Assembly (NCBI GenBank): GCA_977017645.1
Contig: OZ360224.1
Location: 9,982,001-10,046,000, forward strand
DNA from: Torpedo marmorata
Lineage: Eukaryota
DNA: 64,000 nucleotides
Direction of reading: 5' to 3'
The position numbers were made by a program, and so were the translations under genes. The notes under the pieces were generated by a model, which had not been told where the DNA came from, made no database searches, and was given only the letters and a program-made list of their open reading frames with translations. Below are positions 48,515 to 61,100 of the stretch, piece after piece (within the stretch, counting starts at the first letter, position 1; each line of letters opens with the position of its first letter).

Positions 48515-51500
48515 CTTGAATCTGGAGGTGTGTATTTTCAAACTTGTGTATCTTCCGCTGACAGGAGGGAGGAGAAGAGGGTATGACCGGGTTGGGCTGT
48601 GCCCCCTTTAATATGTTGGCTGCTTTCTTAGGACAGTGGTAGGTGAAGATAGACTCGATGGAGGGGAGGTTGGTTTGAGTTATGGCCTGAGCTGCCTTCA
48701 TGAAACTCTGCAGTTTCTTGAAATCTTGAGCAAAGCAGTTCCCGTACCAGACTGCAATGGATTTTATCAGGATACTTTCAATGGTGCATCTATAAAAATT
48801 GGTAAGGGATGCTGGGAGCATGTCAAATGTCTCCAGGCTTCTGAGGAAGTAGAGGTGTTGCTGTGCTTTCTGGGCCATAATGACTGTGTGGCTGGACCAG
48901 GACATGTTCTTGGTGATGTTTACTCCTGAAACCTAAAGCTCTCTCCCATCTTTGCTTCAGCAACTTGATACAGACAGACATGTGCTCCTCCCTGCTTCCC
49001 GAAGCTGATGACCAGTTCCTTTGTTTTGCTGATATTGAGGGAGAAGTTGATGTCCTGACACATGCCCCTAGATTCTGCATCTCCTTGCTGAACTCTGTCT
49101 AGCCTACAATGGTGATGTCTTCAGCAATCGTATAGATGGAGTTGGAGCAGCATTTGGTCCCACAATCATGAGTGTGTAAGGATTATAGTAAGTGGCTGAG
49201 TACACAGCCTGCAGGGCACCGGAGTTAAGGATTATTGTGGAGGACGTGTTGTCACCAACCCTCTGATTGCGGTCTGCAGGACAGGAAGTTGAGTATCCAG
49301 TTCCAGCAGGGGATGCAAGGCCTCGGTCCAGGAGTGGAAACTAGGAAGGATAATTGAATATTAATAGTGTTTATTCTTTAAAAATAATATATTTTCTGTC
49401 ATTAATATGAGAATTGATGTTATAAAAACACTATTTAAGTCCTTAAATATTTTAAACAAAATGAAACTCTACATATTCATTTGCAGTCTTTTTAGAGTTT
49501 TTATTGTTCCAGTGTACATTTAAATTTCTGAATATTTCCTTCTGTCTTAATGCAGAGTCTAATATCAAAAAGACAACTATTTAACTGAGAGACATTGTTT
49601 GAAGTGGCTTCCAGGTGTCTTCATAATTATAAAGGAATCCCGAGACCCAACAACTGAGAATAAAATTACAGGCTTTGCACTGAGTATTACTACAGTAAGG
49701 GTGGCAGGAAAAAAAATGGATGATGCAATTTAGGCTGTTAGGATTTTACAATAAACAAGGTCGTTCTCCTATATTATGGTATCACACATCTCTTCCTATC
49801 AACATTTCTCTTGTGTTCTGAATGACCTTATGCAGACAACTTCATTCATCAGATAAGGCTGTGTGTTTCACGTGTTGGAAAATAAACTACTGAAGCATTA
49901 ACAATTTAATCATGCAAGGGAACCACTGCAGGTCCATTTGGAAAGAGCTTTTTCCCAGGAAAGACAGAGCTATTTTTGCTTCTTGAAAAAAATCTCAAGG
50001 ACCTTGCAGGGAACATATCTATCTTTTCCTTTTTCTGAAGTTGTGGCTCTGTGTTTTCTTTCCTTGTTGTGCAGTTACTCCTCCACATACACTGTGCACT
50101 GCGCAGATTGGCTGTACGTGCCAAGTGAGCTGGCATGCAGCGCCCTCTTTGGCACATCGTAGGAAGTGGGGGAGGGGAATTAAGCTCTCATTGTGGAGCT
50201 GAGAGACTTGTGGCCTGGGCTGGATTTCAGACATGTGTGTCGGCACCATATCAGGAATGTGGAGATCTATCAGTAATGAAACCATGGGAGTAGACCTTAA
50301 GAGGGCAAATGCCTACTGTGAGCCTTTCCATTCTCCCTTGCATTTCTTTTTAATCATTTAAAGCTTTCAAAAGGTCACTGCCAATGGCTGGACGTAAATG
50401 AACTTATGCCACCAGCATCAATAAGAGTTAAGATTTCTTTGTGGTAACTATTTGCTAGAAATTTGCTTGCATTTAATAGCACTGAATTAAATTTCTCAGT
50501 GTTAAAGCAACAGGATTTTTTTTTTAAAAAAGGCAACTGCTTCTCTTTTGTATTATTCAAGAATATTTAGTCAGAAATGTCAGAAAATCTACACATGGTA
50601 GCATAATCTCACAGTTGCTAAGTATAATATGTACCAGAAGTTTCTTCTGAGTGCTTTGATTGTAATAATAAGGTATTGGATTTCAAAGACCGTGCCTTCT
50701 CTGTACAAAATGCCTATCCATTTAATCCAGTCTCCACTGAGCAAAAATGTACCTGTGTACTAATTTTTTAACTTTTGCATCACATTTCTTTTAAAATGCT
50801 TTTTCTTTTGTTAGCTTGTTTACAAATTCATGAACATGTATATGAAGCTGTAAGAAATATTTTCCTCCAGGAAAAAGCTTCCTTTTGTAGAAAAGAACAC
50901 CGATTAAGTAGTGTCATGCCACATGCAACTTTTCAACAGATATGAAAAAAAAGTTCAAAGGAAAGTTTGAATCTACTTTCTGTTGGTAAAAGCAGACAAT
51001 ATTCTCAATCTATCACCTTTCTCCATCCTCTGTCCAGAATGTGGTGTATTCCTGTTCAGTTAGTCAGTGTTCTCCCACTACACAGAGCCTCATTTTTCAC
51101 CTGCCCCTGCCCTAACCTTGCCCCATTCAGAGAAGAAAAGAAACAGAACCTCTGGTGTTTGACAGAGACTTGACACAATGGGCTGACATGAGAGTGCAAG
51201 TGATGCCTATTTGTTTGCCACAGTTTCCACGGCATAAGGACTGACACATAGCCCATAGCAAATAGCATGCTGTGGCATCAAGAACCAGCAGCTGGGAAGA
51301 TTCCACACAGTAATATCAATTACTGTACATGTTCTCCTAGCAACACAGAAAACAATGTTAGGTTTATTTATTCTCCAAAGAATGCTGTAAACAATTGATA
51401 TGTTCTGGATAAAAATTGATCAGAAGTCAGTTGAATATAATACCTAGCACACATCATTGCAATGTAAAATAATAAAAAGAGTTTAATCAGCTGGTAATTA

Positions 51501-51693
51501 TTGCTAGTTCATTTTTAGATATTTCAATGCTGCTGTATGTTTACTAATTATGGAACAATTTCTGATAATATTGTCTGCTAATGCTCTCCCCTGTGGATTT
51601 GAACCTGCAGTGCAACTTTGGCAATAGTAATGCAAACGCTGTAGTATGTTGAATCAAGCTTTGCAATTTTCTGAATCAGGAATGGAGGCAGCC

Positions 51694-52858
51694 TTTAGAG
51701 GATGGTCTCGCAGTTCTGGAGGTGTTTAAAACATCTTTACAAATTTAATCTCATTATTTGGGTGTACGGGTGCCATATTTGCAAAAAGTAGAATATTTAT
51801 TCCTCAAGTTATATGCAATTTTTTCTAAAGGAATACAAATTTGAATTTCAGCATGCCACCTTTGCATATCCAAAGATGTATCGGATTTCCAAGTCACAGC
51901 AATACATTTCCTCGCTACTGCTAAAGCTAGTTTAACAAGTACCAATTGATAATTTGATAGTTTCAATTTAGGTCTTGCACCCTCAATATTCCCTAAAAGA
52001 GCTAAATCATGGGTTTGTGGAAATACAATTCCTGTAACTTGTTCTAAAAAAATTCGTATATCTAACCAAAAGGTTTTTACCTTGGGGCAAGACCAAGTTG
52101 AATGTATAAAAGAACCTACATCTTCACCACATCTAAAACATTTGTCAGATAATTCTGGTTTTATTTTATGTAATTTCTGTGGTGTCAGATATAATTGATG
52201 CAAAAAATTATATTGAACTAATCTATATCTTACATTTATAGTATTAGTCATAATTTAGTCATAGTATTTACATAAATTTTCCCATAATTGTTGATTAATT
52301 GTAATATTTAAATCTATTTCCCATCTCTGTCTAGATCCATTTAGCCCCTGTTTGTGAGCTCCAGTTTGTAGTAATTCAGAAATCTTAGAAGTAAATTTTT
52401 TAACAATTCCTCTCCTAATCAAAAGTTCTACTTCATTACATCTAGGTAAAGACATAGTTGGTCCCAATTTATCTCTCAGATATGCTTTTAATTGGAAATA
52501 ACAAAAAAAAAGTATTTTGTGGTATGGCATATTTATTCCTCAACTGTACAAACGATATTAATTGACCTCTTTCATAACAATCTTCAAGATTTACAATCCC
52601 ATTACGGTACCAAATATTCAAAAATTGATAATATCCTCTAAATGTATCTATATGATATCTTGAGATGTGTCACGAGCGGTGCTCCTCTAAGCAATCCAAA
52701 AATTTATTTCTTCTTTTTTCTTTCTATTTTCTTTTTTTTTATACTTATAGATATTTGTGATATAAATGCATATTTTGTAGCGGGGGGGGGTTGGGGGGGA
52801 GAAGGGATGGAGTAAAATTGTATTATTAAAAATTTAAATAAAATATTCCCAAAAAAAA
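51694..52858 (+). mobile_element. L1 insertion with 5' inversion (twin-priming-type structure)
   Basis: ORF2 C-terminus on the minus strand (51754-52530), then 3' UTR, AATAAA and poly(A) on the plus strand (about 52630-52858). TSD AGGAATGGAGGCAGCC at 51678-51693 and 52858-52873. Confidence 0.88.
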
Positions 52859-55800
52859 GGAATGGAGGCAGCCAGAGACAATCCTAAATGAATACAGTGC
52901 AAGCTGTCTCTTCCATTGGATATAATTCTGATGTCCAATGGTACATTTGCTAAGTGGTACCAAAGACTGGAAAATGACCTTTATTGGAGGCTGCAAATTG
53001 CCATAAATTGGTTCTCAGACTGAGGGAAAATTGACAATAAAAAGCCTTATTTAGATATGAAAGATCGAGGGCATGTGCCATATTTGAAGAATAGCTGAAG
53101 GTGGTTACAATTTCTATTCTTCATCACTATATAAAAAAAAATCAAATGACAATTTGCCTTGTTTCCATCAGGTAAATGAAAATGCACTAATGGTGGATAA
53201 AAAGTGGCAATTATGGCATATTGTTTGGGAGATCAATACTCTGTGTCTAGATGTTGTAAACTGAAGTTTGGTGCCTGACAAATCTTCACATCAGATTGAC
53301 AGAAGCATGAGGGAGAATCACAATAGATTTTCCATATATTTTAAAGCCAAGGAAGAAAAAAACCGATTTCAAGAGCTCGCACTGAAGCTGGCACAAAGTA
53401 ATGAATGGCCTGGTTCGGATGGTTAAATTCTATGATTTCCTTGTTGTTCCTGGTGATTGATTACAGAACATTATAACTGGAAGCCTAGAACTAAAATTGG
53501 TACCTTGTCAGCTCTATGATTTAGATAGTGATAAAGGAATTGTGAAAGAAAGAATGAAGGCAGAAATATAATTTTACAAATATAAAATAATTTAGTAATT
53601 TGTTATCTACTTAACATTCGAGGAAGCCAATTGTGTTTAGCTGAATTAAATTTCACTTGAACCTAAATAATACACAAATAATAGACTACTGAAGGATAAG
53701 TTCATAAGAGTTCATTTCTAGATGAGACTATACTGATGTTTGACTGAAACCATAGTCTGCCTATCAAACATACCACACAAATTTCCCACTGCAAAACTGT
53801 TACTGCGTACTTCCTCTCTTTTGGTTTCTTTATTCCACATAAAGGCATTTATGAACCACATATAATTTAAAAGTAAATGGTTGCTTATTCAATGAATCAT
53901 ATGTTTGGAGATTCTTATGTCACATTCGGCAAGGTGTTTTGAAATTTGTAAAGTTCTACAAAAAACCTAAAGATTGAATATTTGATGTAAATGTAATGTC
54001 CCAACATAATTCTCCAGATGGGTTGTGACCCAATTTTGGGAAAGTGAGATTGCAGTGGTCTTCTCTCATGAGAAACTCTTCAGACAGAATGTATCTCTGA
54101 ATCACACATGTGTATTTCGGGAGCAGGATGGAATCTCAGCACAGGGTATTGCTCCAAATCCTGCATATTATTTCCCAGGCTATTTATAGATTCAGAGACA
54201 TTTATAGCTCTACAGTCTTCAGGAATTAAATGTTGTGATTAATGCCACAGAAAAATCCTAAAAATAATACAAGACAATTCTAATCTCAAGTTTTGTTGCA
54301 AGATGAATGGGCACTTGTCAGTTCTCTGGCCAATTTTTGACTTGTCTGTTTTCTGCTGCATTGTTAACAGGACAGAATTAGCAAGAAAATTATAGCCTTA
54401 ATTGTTTGGATAATGGAAGCTCAGGGAAGTTTGCAAAAGGCATTTTCTGACAGGTTTCATAAATTCAAACATATCCCGAGGCTTACTCTGTGCTGGTTTG
54501 ATGTTTTCTCTGGTTACATGTCTGAGTGTCTAAGTAAATTTGGTGCAAATCGCAGACACTTTTTTCAAAGGGAACCTGGCCCTGTTTTGAAATGAGACCT
54601 CCAAGTAGCCTCAATACAGCAACATTCATACTTAAATTTGCAACAGGAACAATATTTCATTGTTTTCATGTTTTGCTGAACCATTAATTTGCTTTATACA
54701 AGTATGATGCACTACCGTGGAACAAAAAACAGTAGTTTTAGGTAACTTTTTAAACTCTTTCTCTATATGTTAAAAACTAATTACTTTTTCAAATCACAGA
54801 TAATTGGGCATTTTAGCAGAATTGTAACTTTTCCCCATTAGGGTTGATGATGAACACATGTTGAAAATCATAATCATTTGTCTCAAAACTGAAACAAGCA
54901 ACCTAAAGTTTTGAGAAAGCAGAACTTCCATTGCCTCAAAATTATTAATTTAGCTCCTTGAGATTTTAGTTGAAAACGAGTTGACATTGAATGTGTTTTA
55001 ACTCCCTCTCTATGCATATGTTTACAATATGTCTCCATTTAAAAGGTTACATATCATGCAAGGTCATAAAGCTGGATAAGCTGGCTAAAGGACAGAAAAT
55101 ATTAATGTATTGAAATTACATTCTTGACTGCAGACTGGACATAGCTTTCTCTTTCAGCGTGTACAAATGCTAATATCTCAGAACGCGGATCAATCTCTAG
55201 CTTCTACCTTGTTGTAAAGAGAGTTAGAATGAGGAAAGAGAAATGTATTACCTGTACTAACAGAAATGTTACAGTGATGCTTCAGATATTGTTCTTTGTA
55301 TGACAGTTTTCAGATCAAAAAGCAAGAACCATTTTAATAAGCCTGCAACAGTACAAAATATTCAATGGGAGACTTTTATTTTTCTAAGAGTTCAAAAACT
55401 TCAGGAAAATCATTTAATGTTTAGAAATTAAAAGATGTTTTATGTTTCTCAGTTTTTATTGAATAAATCTCTTCTACGATAAACATGTTTAGTTAAGAGA
55501 TCAAAGCTGTTCAAGTGGCCTTCAGTTGCTAAAATAACTGCCTTCCAATCAGCAAGCATTGAGGCTTACTTGTAAAAAGGCAAAATTATAGCACCATAAC
55601 TTAGCAAAGTTCCTCATCCCCTCCCCACCCACCCACAGTCCAAACCATAGAGCAAACGCCATATTAACAAAACATGTAAATCCCATTACAGATGAGGTTC
55701 ATGCTTCCAGGTAGCATGGTGTATCTCGTTCCATAAAATATACAGTTGTAGCCGACTGCTACGAAGAAACACACACACGCAGTGTGGAAGGTTAAGCTCT

Positions 55801-56149
55801 CTGCTTTATTGAGGCTGAAAATGCTTCTTTTATACAGTTGGAGTTCCCACCGTTTGGTTGATTGGTTGACATCAGCTGCATGAATAACAATAGCGGGTGG
55901 GAACGTTCTTGCATATGAATACCCTTCTTCCCCAGCCTGGTATTGATCTATTAGCTGGGCAGCTTGGCCAGCACCATTTTAGGGCTGCTGGTCTTGTACT
56001 GCTCCAGCTTTCAACCGTGCCAGTTCGCTATGCTAAGGGTCGCGTTACAGAGTGTTATGCCGCTGTTTACAACCGCGCGCGCCGCGCGATGTGCCGGCTC
56101 GATCTCTGCGGTGGCGGGCCGCCACATGACCCCCCCCAGAAAAGGCACT

Positions 56150-58675
56150 ACAGTTCATAGTGTCCGTGGATGCAGTCCCCAATGTCTTTGGTGGCCTGCC
56201 TCTGCGCCGAGGTGCTGGCGTCTCCACGGGTTGTGTTGGGTCCGTGTGTGCCGGCTTGAGCCTGTCTGCGGTGAAGACCTCTGGTTTGCCACCGATGTCT
56301 TGTTCGAAGGAGGCCCCGTTGTTCCGGACGACTCAGAAGGGGCCTTCGTAGGGCTTCTGTAGAGGTGGACGGAGTGGCCCTCTGCGTACGAACACATACT
56401 CACAGTCTCGGAGTTCTTTAGGGATGTTGAACTTGGCTTGCCCGTGTCTGGAGGGTGGGATCGGAGCCAGGTTACCGATCTTTTCCCGCAGCCTGTCCAG
56501 GAAGTTGGTTGTATCCTCCTGTTGACCTCTGGCCAGTGGGACGAAATCCCCGGGGACCATGAGTGGAGCTCCGTAGACGAGCTTGGCGGAGGATGTGTGG
56601 AGGTCTTCCTTCGGGGCTGTACGAATCACCAGCAGTGCCCATGGCAGTTCGTCAACCCAGTTGGGGCCCTTGAGTCTGGTCATAAGGGCGGCCTTGAGGT
56701 GCCTGTGGAAGTGCTCAACCAGCCCGTTAGACTGCGGGTGGTATGCTGTTATGTGGTGTAGCTGAGCGCCCCACAGGTTGGCAACGTCGGTCCACAGGCT
56801 GGAGGTAAATTGTGCGCCTCTGTCGGAGGTTATGTGGCGTGGTAGCCCAAACATTGCTACCCAGTACGAGACGAGTGCCTTGGCGCAGGACCTGGTGGAT
56901 GTGACGGCCAGGTGGATTGCTTCTGGCCACTGGGTGAAACAGTCGACCACCGTGAACAGGTAGCAGAAACCCTGTGAGACTGGTAAGGGTCCCACTATGT
57001 CCGCGTGAATGTGGTCAAACCTTCGCTCCATTGGCTCGAAAGGCTGCGGGGGGACCTTGATGTGCCGCTGTACCTTGGCTGTTTGGCACTGTCTGCATGT
57101 CTTGGCCCACCTGCTGACTTGTTTCCGCAATCCATGCCGCGCGTACTTACTGGCCACCAACCGGACCATGGTCCTGATTGATGGATGTGCCAGCCCGTGG
57201 ATAGAGTCGAAAACTCGTCGCCTCCATGCCGTTGGGACGATAGGTCGAACCTGCCCGGTGGCCACGTCACACAGGAGGATAGTGTTACCTGTTCCAACTG
57301 GGATGTCCTGAAGCTGCAGCCCCGTGACGGCGGTCCTGTACTGAGGCATCTCGTCGTCCTGCTGCTGTGCCTCCGCCAGTGCCACGAAATCCAGTCCGAT
57401 AGCCAGAGAGTGGATGCTCTGTCTTGACAAAGCGTCCGCCACCATGTTGTCTTTTCCCGAGATGTGCCTTACATCGCTGGTATACTCCGAGACGTAAGAC
57501 AAGTGTCTCTGCTGGCGGGCTGACCAGGGATCGGAGATCTTGACCAGGGCGAACGTCAGTGGCTTGTGGTCCGTGAAAGCCGTGAAAGCCCTTCCCTCCA
57601 GGAAGTACCGGAAGTGGCGGATGACTAAGTACAGCGCCAGTAGCTCTCTGTCGAAAGCACTGTACTTTAGCTAAGGGGGCTGCAGATGTTTGCTGAAGAA
57701 AGCTAGTGGACGCCAACTTCCCTCTATCTGCTGCTCCAGAACTCCACCAATCGCCATTCCTGAGGCATTAACCGTGAGGGCTGTGGGTGCGTCTGACCTG
57801 GGGTGGGCCAGTAGTGCAGCGTTAGCCAGGGTTTCCTTCACTTCCACGAATGCTCGTGCAGAGTCATCGTCCCAGGTCAAGTCCTTCGCCTTGCCGGTCA
57901 TCAGGGTGAAGAGTGGGCACATGGTTCGAGCAGCTGCGGGGATGAATCTGCGATAAAAGTTGACCATCCCCACGAACTCCTGCATTCCTTTGGACGTATT
58001 GGGCCTCGGGAAGTTGTGGATAGTCTCCACCTTGCTGGGTAGTGGCATGGTCCTGCATTTGGTAATCCTGTGGCCCAGGAAGTCAATCGTGCTCAGCCCG
58101 AACTGACATTTAGCCAGGTTGATATTAAGACCGAACTCACGTAGGCGACTGTAAAGGCTTCGGAGGTGTTGTAGATGTTCCTGCTGGGTTCTGCTCGCCA
58201 CCAGGATATCGTCTAAGTAGACGAAGGTGCCGTCCATGTCTCGGCCCACCGCATCCATCAGTCGCTGGAAGGTCTGTGCCGCGTTCTTGAGCCCGAATGG
58301 CATCCTCAGGTACTCGAACACCCCGAACGGACTGATGATGGCCGTCTTGGGGATGTCGTCAGGGTACACCACGATTTGGTGGTACCCTCGGACCAAGTCC
58401 ACTTTGGAGAAGATCGTCGCTCTGTGCAGGTTTGTTGCAAAGTCCTGGATATGTGGCACGGGGTAACGATCTGGAGTGGTGGCCTCGTTAAGCCGGCGGT
58501 AGTCGCCGCTTGGTCTTCAGCCCCCAGATGCTTTGGGCACCATGTGCAGGGGAGAAGCCCATGTACTGTCCGACCGCTGAATGATGCCTAACTCCTCGAG
58601 CTTGCGGAACTCCTCCTTGGCCAGTTGAAGCTTCTCCGGGGGAAGTCGTCTCGCCCTTGTGTGGAGAGGTGGACC
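56150..58675 (-). pseudogene. Gypsy pol (RT-RNase H-integrase) with stops and frameshifts; protease missing
   Basis: [33 protein letters not shown] (HGLAHP..CRQC), IHADIVGP, ITSDRGAQF, PYEGPF*. Confidence 0.9.
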
Positions 58676-59341
58676 CCTGGAACTCGCAGGGCGACCGGCA
58701 TTGGCGGGCCTCGGAGCCCCATCTTTGGTGGTAGAAGCACCATCTCTCCTTGGACTCGTCCCTGCCTCTTGCCTGCCGCTCCTTTCCAGGGCCTGCTTGG
58801 TCTGGTTGCGAGACTTCGTGACGAGCCCCACGGTAGCGGAGCACTTCTGTTTCTGGTTCCACAGAATATCTGCCCGTGTTGTGACTTTCCGGGGGTCGCT
58901 GAAATCCATGTCAGCCAGGAGCAGTTGGATGTCCTCGGGCAGCTGCTCCAAGAACGCCTGCTCGAACATGATGCAGGGCTCGTGGTCTCCCAGGAGGGCT
59001 AGCATCTCGTTCATGAGCGCTGACGGGGATCTGTCCCCTAGCCCATCCAGGTGGAGCAGCCGTGCCCCTCTCTCTTGCCGCGAGAGCCCGAAGGTCTCAG
59101 TCAATAGCTCTTTGAAGGCAGTGTAAGTGCCTTCCGATGGTGGCCTCTGGATGAAGTTGGCCACCCTGTCTACAGTCTCTGGATCCAGGGCGCTGACCAC
59201 ATGGTAGTACCGTGTGGTCTCAGCTGTGATGCCCCGAATCTGGAACTGAGCCTCAGCCTGGTCGAACCACACGCTGGGTCGAACTGTCCAGAAGGTCGGG
59301 AGCTTGAGGCTGACTGCGCTGATCGCTGCTTCGCTATCCAT
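58675..59341 (-). pseudogene. Gypsy gag, frameshifted
   Basis: LKLPTFW...WFDQAEAQF. The knuckle lies in a second frame (58488-58862). Confidence 0.85.
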
Positions 59342-60534
59342 CGCTGGGTTTAGATGCTGTCTAAACCGTCGGGGTCACCAATTGTAGCCGACTGCAACGA
59401 AGAAACACACACACGCAGTGTTGAAGGTTAAGCTCTCTGCTTTATTGAGGCTGGAAATGCTTCTTTTATACAGTTGGAGTTCCCGCCGTTTGGTTGATTG
59501 GTTGACATCAACTGCATGAATAACAATAGCGGGCGGGAACGTTCTTGCATATGAATACCCTTCTTCCCCAGCCTGCTATTGATCTGTTAGCTAGGCAGCT
59601 TGGCCAGCGCCATTTTAGGGCTGCTGATCTTGTACTGCTCCAGCTTTCAACCGCGCCGGTTTGCTATGCTAAGGGTCGCGTTACAGTGTGTTATGCCGCT
59701 GTTTACTACCGTGCGCGCCGAGCGATGTGCCGGCTCGATCTCCGTGGTGGCGGGCCGCCACACAGTCTTTAAACTCTGGAACAAATGCTCCACCCAGTTT
59801 ATCAAGCTGCAAAACAGAAAATACAGTTTCAAAATAACTGATGGCTGATCAAAGAGCTGTTGCTATTGAAACTGAAGTTCTTGATCTATACATTATTTTA
59901 ACTTCCACTGTGTACTTTAAAGCACACTGACTAGTGCAAAGTTCCAATTTAAATGTCACAGCTATCTTGTGTCGGTTGGTATTAATCACAAGAAAAGATG
60001 AAAGCAGACAAGCTTACTGTATTTACACACAGGCAGTCTAAATTTTACCCAAACATGGTACAGTTTGTGCATACTAAGAAGCAACAGTATTCAGAACAAG
60101 ACTTGCTTTGATAAACTGGCATGCAGCAGTATCCTGATACCACTGACATGGAAGTCCCATGAGTTATTACATCTCCATTAGCAACCTGATATAAAAGAGT
60201 TATGTCACTTAATCTCATTTAAATTCCTGGGGGAAGGTCTTCAAAGTTCACCTCATGACTGACCATTTCTGCCCATGGATGCTGCTTGACCCATTAAGTC
60301 CCTCCAGCTTCCCTTTGTTTGCTCAAGATTCCAGCACCTGCACATTTTGTGTTTCTCATCTAAACATTCTCTTGTTCAAAGTTTTTCTGCAATATACTTC
60401 AGCTTTTCCAGATTATCCAAGGGTTTCAGTGCAATTCCAAAAAATAGACTGCCAGCAAAAGAATAATCACGCCAGTGGTATAATTCCAATTTCTGGTAAA
60501 AATGCTATCCCAGAATGATCACATGGTCAAACTT

Positions 60535-60950
60535 GGACTGTTTTCGCTGGAGCGTTGGAGGCTGTGGAGGTGGTGAGGGGCATCTGATAGAATTATATAT
60601 AAAATTACGAAACATAGAGATAAGGTAGATAGACAGTCTCGTTCTCTGGGTAAAAAGGTCAATACTAGAGGGTATTAGTTTAAGATGAAAAGGGAAAAGT
60701 TGAAAGGAGATTTGTGAGGCAAGTGTTTTACACATAGTGCCTGTAACACACTGCCATGGGAGGTTGTGGAAGTAGATACAAAAGCATTATTTAAGAGACA
60801 TTTAGACAGACACATGAGCAGGCATGGAATAGTTAGATAAGGACCATGTGCAGGTGGATGGGATTAATTCAGATTGCTATCATTTTGGCACAGATGTGAT
60901 GAATGCAAGAGCCTGTTCCTGCACTGTACTGTTCAAAGTTCTTTGTTCTA
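60535..60950 (+). mobile_element. Old CR1 3' end
   Basis: TTTTCGCTGGAGCGTTGGAGGCTG...ATAGATAAGGTAGATAG...CCTGTTCCTGCACTGT, typical of CR1 termini. Confidence 0.65.
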
Positions 60951-61100
60951 CTGTACTTGTTAACCACTGTGAGCAGAAATGAGCTGAAGTCCTAATAATT
61001 GGAAGCCAAATTGTACCCAGTCGTACTGAATCCATGCTTGTCAGCCTTGTCGTTAAGAAGTAAGGAGGGACATTCATTCTCCACAAGAAGGATGGATGGT

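Larger units (their letters stand above)
47028..49335 (-). mobile_element. Degenerate Rex1/Babar LINE containing a nested Penelope pLTR and a solo LTR
   Basis: KAQQHLYFLR...CTIESIL. Tail appears as (GAATT)n followed by TTTATT near 47030-47055. Confidence 0.8.
55747..59762 (-). mobile_element. Gypsy LTR retrotransposon, CsRN1-like clade, defective
   Basis: 380-bp LTRs (55747-56126 and 59383-59762) with TG...CA ends and about 20 differences by eye. TSD CAGT. PBS TGGTGACCCCGACG (tRNA-Trp) at 59367-59380. G-run PPT at 56127-56139. CHCC knuckle WCFYHQRWG..CRSPC. Confidence 0.95.

Noticed and set aside
50100-50160. Possible CTCF/NFI/CCAAT enhancer cluster
   Set aside because: The CTCF match is only partial and short motifs are not distinguishable from chance without conservation data.
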